DNA from: Deinococcaceae bacterium
GTDB lineage: Bacteria > Deinococcota > Deinococci > Deinococcales > Trueperaceae
Length of the DNA stretch: 17,420 nucleotides
Direction of reading: 5' to 3'
Assembly: GCA_040256005.1 (NCBI GenBank)
Contig: JBDZWC010000059.1
Span: forward strand, 1-17,420
Shown here: positions 1 through 6,084 of the stretch, in pieces
Layout of the letters: each line of letters starts with the position of its first letter
Position numbering within the stretch: position 1 is the first letter of the stretch
Program-made: the position numbers and the translations under genes
The notes under the pieces: model-generated
Told to the model about the DNA's origin: nothing
What the model saw: the letters and a program-made list of their open reading frames with translations, nothing else
Database searches by the model: none

Positions 1-2
1 GC

Positions 3-1070
3 GGCGCCACGGCCACGCTGCAGGGGCCAGGCATGCTGATGCCGCCCGGTCGCGGTTGGGAGTACGCGGTGCGCATCTCGCCCCGGGGCGCGTTCGGCGC
101 GCCGGCGCCGCTCGACGAGGGCCAGCCCGTGGAGTGGTCGCCGCTGGAGCTGGCGATCGACGGCGACGTCTTCGTCGTGGGGTTGCCGGACGGGATGGGC
201 GCAGACGTCGACGTGTTCGCGCTCAGCGGCGTCTACGACGCGTTCTCGCCCCACTCATGGAGGCCCCTCACCGCCTCGCCTTCGCCGTGGTCCTACTCGG
301 GCACCGAGCAGGTAGTGCCCGTCGTTGACCTCATAGCCCCCGACCACGAGACCCAGATGCGCGCCCTGCGCGACGGCGTGCTGCCGGCCCGCGCCCGGCA
401 GGTCGCCGGGGGCCTCACGTGGCTACTCCTGTCGATGGCCGGCGTCCTGATCGCCGCTACCGGCCTGTGGCTGCGCCGCGTGGCCGGCGCTGCCGCGCCC
501 GCGACGTCTTCCGCCTCCGTGCAGGAGGCGACCGTTCAGGACACGGCGGAAGTGCCGCCAGACGAAGCGGACGAGGCCATGACGGAGCCGGTGGAGACGA
601 CCGCAGCGGAGACCGGCTCCGACGAGCCTGTCGAGGTGCCGGTAGCCGTGGAGACCGCCTCCGACGACCTTGTGTCCGGGTCTGACGACGTGGAGACCAC
701 AGCAGACGAGCCGGTCGTCACGTTGGGAGAGCCGGAGTCGAGCCCTCAGGTGGCGACTGGCGCCCGGGAGGACCCGGTGGATGCGGGCACGACCGCCCTC
801 GAAGGTGAACCCGCCGCCGACAGCGGAGAGGGTGTCACCGCTGCGCCTGCTGACGACGATGACCACGAGAGCGGGCCAGAAGACCCCGGCAAGCCCGAGG
901 GCAGGCCGGCCGACGACGGCGATGACCGGTTCGAGCGGCTGAGACGCGACCTCGAGGCAACGGAAGAGCCAGAGGACGACCTCATGGGTTTCACGGAGCG
1001 CAGCGACAAGCGTGCCCGTTCACTCAACGTGGAGCACACCGACGAGGAAGGCGGTCAGGCCGGCTCCTGA
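3..1070 (+). CDS. 5'-truncated membrane-anchored protein: probable glucodextranase C-terminal/DOMON-like carbohydrate-binding domain, one TM helix, long acidic disordered C-terminal tail
   Basis: The frame is open from base 3 (GATATLQGPG|MLMPPGRGWEYAVRI), so the ATG at 33 is probably internal. 'LQGPG..GWEYAVRI', 'SGVYDAFSPHSWRP' and 'WSYSG..PVVDLIAP' recall Glucodextran_C/DOMON-like domains (recognition only). Hydrophobic GLTWLLLSMAGVLIAATGLW is followed by LRR and then about 190 aa rich in D/E/T/P/A. Stop TGA at 1068-1070. Confidence 0.6.
   Translation, partial: GATATLQGPGMLMPPGRGWEYAVRISPRGAFGAPAPLDEGQPVEWSPLELAIDGDVFVVGLPDGMGADVDVFALSGVYDAFSPHSWRPLTASPSPWSYSGTEQVVPVVDLIAPDHETQMRALRDGVLPARARQVAGGLTWLLLSMAGVLIAATGLWLRRVAGAAAPATSSASVQEATVQDTAEVPPDEADEAMTEPVETTAAETGSDEPVEVPVAVETASDDLVSGSDDVETTADEPVVTLGEPESSPQVATGAREDPVDAGTTALEGEPAADSGEGVTAAPADDDDHESGPEDPGKPEGRPADDGDDRFERLRRDLEATEEPEDDLMGFTERSDKRARSLNVEHTDEEGGQAGS
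609..734 (+). repeat. Three degenerate in-frame 42-bp (14-aa) tandem repeats in the acidic tail
   Basis: GAGACC recurs at 609, 651 and 693; the units translate as ETGSDEPVEVPVAV / ETASDDLVSGSDDV / ETTADEPVVTLGEP. Confidence 0.6.
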
Positions 1071-1122
1071 TGGCGTCGTTCGTGCCGACTAGGCCTTCGC
1101 GCTGACCCGTAGCTGGTTCTTA

Positions 1123-2421
1123 TCAGTCGCCGTAGCTGGCGCCCGCGACGACCGCCGTGGCGCCTTGGCGCACCACGTCGGCACCCAGTTGGGTCAGCCG
1201 CTCGGTGAGGCGCTCGTAGCCGCGGTCGATGAACTTCAGGCCGCCGATCTCCGAGGTGCCCTGCGCGGCGAGCGCCGCGATCACCAGCGCGCTGCCCGCC
1301 CGTATGTCGGCGGCGTGCATGGCGGCGCCCTTGAGCGGGCCGCCTCTCACCTCGAGCGTGCGGTCCACGAGCCTCAGGTCCGCACCCGTATGGGACAGCT
1401 CGTCGACGTGCGTGAACCGGTCCGGGTACACGCTGTCCGACAGGTTCGACAGGCCCGGCACCGTCGCGAGGAACGCCGTGAAGGGCGCCTGAAGGTCGGT
1501 GGGTAGCCCCGGGAACTCCGCCGCTTGCAGGTCCGTCGGCTTCAGCTCCCTCTCCTTGGCGTCGACGACGATCCAGTCGTCGCCGGTCGTAACGCTCACG
1601 CCGGTCGCCACCAGGGCGTCACTGACCGCTGCGAGGTTCTGAGGCTCCACGTCCCTCAACGTGACGCGACCACGCGTCGCGGCGGCGGCCAGCATGTACG
1701 TGCCGGCCTCTATCCGGTCGCTGATGGGCCGGTAGGTGACGCCGTGCAGCTTGCGCACGCCCTTGACGGTGATGGTGCGAGTGCCGGCCCCGGCGATGTT
1801 CGCGCCCATGGCGTTGAGCATGTTCGCGAGATCCGGTACCTCGGGCTCCAGCGCGGCGTTCTCGATGATCACTTCGCCGTCAGCCATCGCCGCAGCGAGG
1901 AGCACGTTCTGCGTGCCGCCCACGGTGGGCGCCTCGAAGACGACGCGGCCGGCCATGCGCACGGGCCTGTGGACGTGGAAGACGCCATCGTCTTCGTCGA
2001 CGATCACGCCTAGGTCCCGCATGGCGGAGATGTGCCTGTCCACGGGCCGCGGACCGAAGGCGCAGCCGCCGGGCATGGGGACGCTGGCCTCGCCGCAGCG
2101 CGACACCAGGGCGCCCATGATGACGAAGCTGGCGCGCATCTTGCTCACCAGGCCGTACGGCGCGTTGCAGGTCTTGAGGCTGCGCGCGTGCAGCCTCAGC
2201 GTGTGGCCTTCCCAGGCGGTGTCCACGCCAACGTACCGAAGCAGCTCTTCGAGCACCAGGACGTCCGCCAGGCGCGGGACGTCCTGCAAGACGACCTCCT
2301 CGTCCGTGAGGAGGGAGGCCAGCATCAGGTAGAGGGCGGAGTTCTTGGCGCGGAAGACGGGCAGCTCGCCGAGCAAGGGCCTGCCGCCGTTGAGGATCAT
2401 GACGTCGTTGGTGTCGGACAC
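1123..2421 (-). CDS. murA: UDP-N-acetylglucosamine 1-carboxyvinyltransferase
   Basis: Motifs AKNSAL, KMRAS, PGGCAFGPRPVDRH (Cys115 loop), AALEPE, DRIEAGT, FPGLPTDLQ, DIRAG and IDRGYE; 432 aa; GTG start preceded by the purine tract GAAGAAAGGG. Confidence 0.97.
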   Translation of the reverse strand: MSDTNDVMILNGGRPLLGELPVFRAKNSALYLMLASLLTDEEVVLQDVPRLADVLVLEELLRYVGVDTAWEGHTLRLHARSLKTCNAPYGLVSKMRASFVIMGALVSRCGEASVPMPGGCAFGPRPVDRHISAMRDLGVIVDEDDGVFHVHRPVRMAGRVVFEAPTVGGTQNVLLAAAMADGEVIIENAALEPEVPDLANMLNAMGANIAGAGTRTITVKGVRKLHGVTYRPISDRIEAGTYMLAAAATRGRVTLRDVEPQNLAAVSDALVATGVSVTTGDDWIVVDAKERELKPTDLQAAEFPGLPTDLQAPFTAFLATVPGLSNLSDSVYPDRFTHVDELSHTGADLRLVDRTLEVRGGPLKGAAMHAADIRAGSALVIAALAAQGTSEIGGLKFIDRGYERLTERLTQLGADVVRQGATAVVAGASYGD

Positions 2422-2464
2422 AGCCGCCCTTTCTTCCCGATCACGAGCTTGTCAGTCCGTGACG

Positions 2465-2529
2465 CGATGTGTTGTGAGATGATGCACCAACACATCGTGT
2501 GCATGATGCACATCGTCAGTATAATGTGC
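2465..2529. promoter_or_regulatory. Operator-like repeat cluster in the murA / RHH divergent intergenic region
   Basis: Perfect 10-bp inverted repeat CGATGTGTTG(2465-2474)-N13-CAACACATCG(2488-2497); palindrome TGTGCAT-G-ATGCACA (2498-2512); direct repeat ATGATGCAC (2479, 2503); GCACAT-N10-ATGTGC (2508-2529). Confidence 0.65.
2518..2525. promoter_or_regulatory. Overlapping divergent sigma70-type -10 elements
   Basis: TATAAT on + at 2520-2525 (toward RHH/kinase) and TATACT on - at 2523-2518 (toward murA). Candidate -35 hexamers are weak (TGTGCA 2498-2503 on +; TGTACA 2547-2542 on -). Confidence 0.6.
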
Positions 2530-2608
2530 TCGATGAGCGGCTGTACAGTGCGCACACAGGTGCGGACCGTCACCAGCACCAGGCCGCACATCGAGCTAGG
2601 AGGAGACG

Positions 2609-2821
2609 GTGCCCAAGCGCGAGAAGAAGCGACTCCACGTCGTGCTATCTGAGGAACAGGACTCGCTCCTCACCAAGACGGCCTACCAGCTCTCCAACCC
2701 GGAGCGGCTGGTGTCCAAGTCGGAGGTCGTGCGCCTCGGCATCGAGATGCTCACGCGGGCCGTCCAGGAGGGGAAGCTGGACCCCAGCCTGCTCAAGTCG
2801 CTAGAAGGCAGCCAAGAGTAG
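2609..2821 (+). CDS. Small ribbon-helix-helix (CopG/Arc/MetJ-like) DNA-binding protein
   Basis: SD AGGAGG at 2598-2603, 5 nt before GTG. Beta-strand KRLHVVLS, helix EEQDSLLTKTAYQL and second helix SKSEVVRLGIE fit the RHH pattern; 70 aa; 10 nt upstream of the kinase. Confidence 0.8.
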   Translation: MPKREKKRLHVVLSEEQDSLLTKTAYQLSNPERLVSKSEVVRLGIEMLTRAVQEGKLDPSLLKSLEGSQE

Positions 2822-2831
2822 GCTAGGAGGC

Positions 2832-4679
2832 GTGTTCAGCGCCGGCGAGGTCGTCGACGGGCGCTACGAGGTCCTCGGTCCCCTCGGGGTCGGGGGCATG
2901 GCGCACGTCTTCAAGGCGCGTGACCTGCACCTCGAGCGCGTCGTCGCGCTCAAGGTCCTCAGGCCCCACCTGACGGAGACGGACAGCGAGCGGTTCAGGC
3001 GCGAGATCAGGGCGCTGGCGCAGCTCAACCATCCGGGCATCGTGTCGATCTTCGACCTGGGATCGGGCGAACGTGTCTACTTCGCGATGGAGCTCATAGA
3101 GGGCGGGCCCATCACCGACCTGGGTCCCGTCGACGGCGACCTTGGCCCCCTGACGCGCCTGCTCGAGGCGTCAGCCATCGTCGCCGAGGCCCTCGCCTAC
3201 GTCCACCGCCTGGGGATGGTGCACAGGGACCTCACGCCCAGGAACATCCTCCTGACGCAGCAGGGCATGCCCAAGGTGATGGACTTCGGGCTGGTGCAAC
3301 TGACGGAGACGTCCAAGCAGCTCACCCGCACGGGGCTCACCCTGGGCACGCCTCAGTACATGGCCCCCGAGCAGGCGACGGGTGAGGCGACCGGCGCCGC
3401 CACGGACCTCTACGCCTTCGGCGCGGTGCTCTACCGCACCCTCACGGGCGTGAGCGCGTTCGAGGGAGAGAACGACCAGGCCGTCCTCTACCAGCATGTC
3501 TACGGCAAGGTGACGCCGCCTTCCGAGCTCAACCCGCAGGTGCTCGAAGCGCTCTCGCGCCTCGTGATGAGCCTGCTCGAGAAGGAGCCGGCTAGGCGGC
3601 CAGCCTCGGGCACGACGGTCGCCGAGACGCTGCGCGCCGTGCTCTCCTCCGTGCGGCGCGCCGCCGTCGGGTTGCCGGGAGCCGGTCCGGGGCGCCTGCA
3701 CGCCTTCCCCAGCGGCCCGCCCCTGCCGCAGACCCTGAGCGAGCGGTGGCGCGTCAACCTCGCCGAGGGCCCCCAGTTCCCCTCGGGGCTGACCGCGGCG
3801 GGCGGGTTCCTGCTCGTGGGGCAACGGTCCGACGCGCTGGCCGTGCTCCGGCCCGCGGACGGCGGCCTGCACACCACGTTCGAGCTCGACGACGAGGCCA
3901 GCCAACCGCCCCTGTTCGTGCAGGGGCGCGTGTTCGTCACCAGCCGCTCCGGCTCCCTCGTGGCGCTGTCCTGGCCGGGGGGCGAGGTGCTGTGGAGACG
4001 AGAGGACGAGGACGTGGTGGGTGGCGCGCCTTACGGCCGCGACGTCGTCGTCGCCGCCGGCGACCGCGTGGAGCTGTGGACGGCCGAGGGCGACGCAGCT
4101 TGGCGCGTGAAGCTGGGCGCGCCCGCCGTGGCCGCTCCCACCCTGCACCGCGGCCTGGCGCTGGTGCCGACGGAGGACGGCTGGCTGCACGCGGTCAGGC
4201 TCGCTGGGAAGCACGCGTTCAAGGTGCAGGTGGGGCCCATGGCGAGCCCGCCCGCCGCCACCGGCGGCGTCGCCTTCGTGCCCGTCAGGTCGGGCGAGCT
4301 GCACGCCTTCGACCTCGAGAAGCGGGACGTCCTCTGGACCTACGACCTCGAGGGCGAGCAGTGGGGCACCCCGGTCGTGTGGCAGCAGTACGTCTACGCC
4401 ACGTCGTGGGGGCAGAGGATCCACGCCCTGGCCGCGGCGACAGGCGACGATGTCTGGACGCGACCCCTGCCGGCCGCCGTGACGGCCTCACCGGCCATGG
4501 CGGCCGGGGCGCTCTACGTGGGCACCGAGAACGGCGACGTCATCGCGCTAGACGCCCGCACGGGGCGGGTCCTGCATTCGCGCCGGGTCGCCGCCGGTTC
4601 CATCCAGGCCAGTCCGCTCCCCCTGGGCGACGCGGTCTTCGTCGCCGCGCTGGACGGCACGGTAGTCGCCCTCTCGTAG
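2832..4679 (+). CDS. Hanks-type Ser/Thr protein kinase with C-terminal PQQ-like beta-propeller repeats (architecture of D. radiodurans RqkA/DR2518)
   Basis: GVGGMAHV, VALK, RFRRE, HRDLTPRN, DFG, GTPQYMAPE and DLYAFG motifs. C-terminal Trp-docking repeats such as GELHAFDLEKRDVLW, IHALAAATGDDVW and VIALDARTGRV. No obvious TM helix. Confidence 0.92.
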   Translation: MFSAGEVVDGRYEVLGPLGVGGMAHVFKARDLHLERVVALKVLRPHLTETDSERFRREIRALAQLNHPGIVSIFDLGSGERVYFAMELIEGGPITDLGPVDGDLGPLTRLLEASAIVAEALAYVHRLGMVHRDLTPRNILLTQQGMPKVMDFGLVQLTETSKQLTRTGLTLGTPQYMAPEQATGEATGAATDLYAFGAVLYRTLTGVSAFEGENDQAVLYQHVYGKVTPPSELNPQVLEALSRLVMSLLEKEPARRPASGTTVAETLRAVLSSVRRAAVGLPGAGPGRLHAFPSGPPLPQTLSERWRVNLAEGPQFPSGLTAAGGFLLVGQRSDALAVLRPADGGLHTTFELDDEASQPPLFVQGRVFVTSRSGSLVALSWPGGEVLWRREDEDVVGGAPYGRDVVVAAGDRVELWTAEGDAAWRVKLGAPAVAAPTLHRGLALVPTEDGWLHAVRLAGKHAFKVQVGPMASPPAATGGVAFVPVRSGELHAFDLEKRDVLWTYDLEGEQWGTPVVWQQYVYATSWGQRIHALAAATGDDVWTRPLPAAVTASPAMAAGALYVGTENGDVIALDARTGRVLHSRRVAAGSIQASPLPLGDAVFVAALDGTVVALS

Positions 4680-4753
4680 CTCGTCCCGCGTGCTGGGCGG
4701 GCAGCCCGCGGCCCGGGGATGTCAGGAGCCGGGCCGGGGCCCGCATGGGCGCG

Positions 4754-4762
4754 TGGTAGCGT
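4754..4762 (+). promoter_or_regulatory. Candidate extended -10 promoter for the desaturase
   Basis: TG-G-TAGCGT (TGnTAnnnT) in the 258-bp intergenic region; no clear -35. Confidence 0.35.
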
Positions 4763-4937
4763 TCCCTCGCCCCATCGGCATGGCGCGTGCGGCCTCCTAG
4801 GAGGATCGCTGCGAGACGGTGCGATGACCGCTCGGGTGTCCCGCCACACAACAGGGACGAGGCAAGACGGTCAGCGCCGGATATCCCACCGAGGGTCGCG
4901 CTCCTGCGCTGGTCCGCCGACCCGAGAGGACTGGACC

Positions 4938-6047
4938 ATGCCGCACACAGACGACACGCAGGCCGCCGCGCCCCCGGAACCTCGCAATGCAGTGCCCCAC
5001 ACGGGAAGCCAGACGATGCAGGCCAAGCCGTATGAAGGCTGGCAGAAGCTGGTGAAGACCTACGCCCAGCCCGACCTGCACAAGAGCATCTGGCAGGTGA
5101 TCAACTCCTTCGGTGGCCTCATCCTCTGCTTCGGACTCATGTGCGCTGCGTTCATGCTCGTCGGCTACTGGCTCGCGTTGCTCCTGGCCATCCCGGCGGC
5201 TGGGTTCCTCGTGCGCGTGTTCATCATCCAGCACGACGCCGGGCACGGCTCCTTCTTCAAGTCCAAGCGGTGGAACAACATCGTGGGTGCCGTCGCAGGA
5301 GTGTTCACGCTCACGCCGTACAACTTCTGGCGCAAGACGCATGCCATCCACCACGCGCACCACGCGGAGCTCGAGGAGCGCGGCATCGGCGACGTGTGGA
5401 CGATGACGGTGGAGGAGTACACCTCGGCCCCTCGCTGGAAGCGGGCCGTCTACCGCGTGTTCAGGAACCCGTTCTTCCTGTTCGTGCTGGCGCCTGCGGC
5501 CAACTTCCTCGTCGTCCAGCGCTTCCCTGTGGGCGCCAAGGCCGGCTGGAAGACCGGCGAGGTGGCGTCAGTGTGGTGGACGAACCTCGCGATAGCCGGT
5601 GTGGTGACCGCCTCTGGCCTGGTGATCGGGTTCTGGCCGACCCTGATGCTGATGGTGCCTGTCATGATCATCGGTGCCTCCGTTGGCACCTGGCTCTTCT
5701 ACGTCCAGCACCAGTTCGAGCGGACGTACTGGGAGCACACCCCGCAGTGGGACTACACGCTCGCCGCGATGGAGGGCAGCTCCTACTACCAGCTTCCCAA
5801 GGTGCTGCAATGGTTCACCGGCAACATCGGGTTCCACCACATCCACCACCTCAGCCCTCGGATACCCAACTACAACCTCGAGTCTTGCCACAAGGACAAC
5901 GAGCTGTTCCAACGTGTCGTTCACCTGAGCATCCTCGACAGCATCAAGACCACGGGTCTGGCGCTGTGGGACGAGGAGCGTCGTCGGCTCGTCTCGTTCC
6001 GGGACGGCAAGCGAGCGGCGCGTGAGCGTATGACGGCCGCGGTGTGA
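4938..6047 (+). CDS. Membrane acyl-lipid fatty acid desaturase (Bacillus Des / delta12-like family)
   Basis: Three His boxes HDAGH, HAIHH and HHIHH, plus YVQHQFE and PRIPNYNL; several TM segments. Start placed at ATG 4938 after GAGAGGA (4924-4930); ATG 5016 is an alternative. Confidence 0.92.
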   Translation: MPHTDDTQAAAPPEPRNAVPHTGSQTMQAKPYEGWQKLVKTYAQPDLHKSIWQVINSFGGLILCFGLMCAAFMLVGYWLALLLAIPAAGFLVRVFIIQHDAGHGSFFKSKRWNNIVGAVAGVFTLTPYNFWRKTHAIHHAHHAELEERGIGDVWTMTVEEYTSAPRWKRAVYRVFRNPFFLFVLAPAANFLVVQRFPVGAKAGWKTGEVASVWWTNLAIAGVVTASGLVIGFWPTLMLMVPVMIIGASVGTWLFYVQHQFERTYWEHTPQWDYTLAAMEGSSYYQLPKVLQWFTGNIGFHHIHHLSPRIPNYNLESCHKDNELFQRVVHLSILDSIKTTGLALWDEERRRLVSFRDGKRAARERMTAAV

Positions 6048-6084
6048 ACGACCGTTGCCGCGCGCGACCGGCTGTGGCGCCTGC

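Noticed and set aside
2035..2076. Fosfomycin-resistant MurA variant
   Set aside because: The active-site Cys (PGGCAFG) is present rather than Asp.
2397..2591. 64-aa minus ORF and the 2032..2652 and 2499..2804 ORFs crossing the murA/RHH spacer
   Set aside because: The Cys/His/Met-rich translations simply reflect the ATG/CAC/TGT repeats of the operator region; there is no convincing SD, and they overlap real genes and the promoter.
4719..4937. Longest-ORF start for the desaturase (442 aa)
   Set aside because: The extension has no desaturase-like character and begins upstream of the candidate promoter; ATG 4938 has a good SD.
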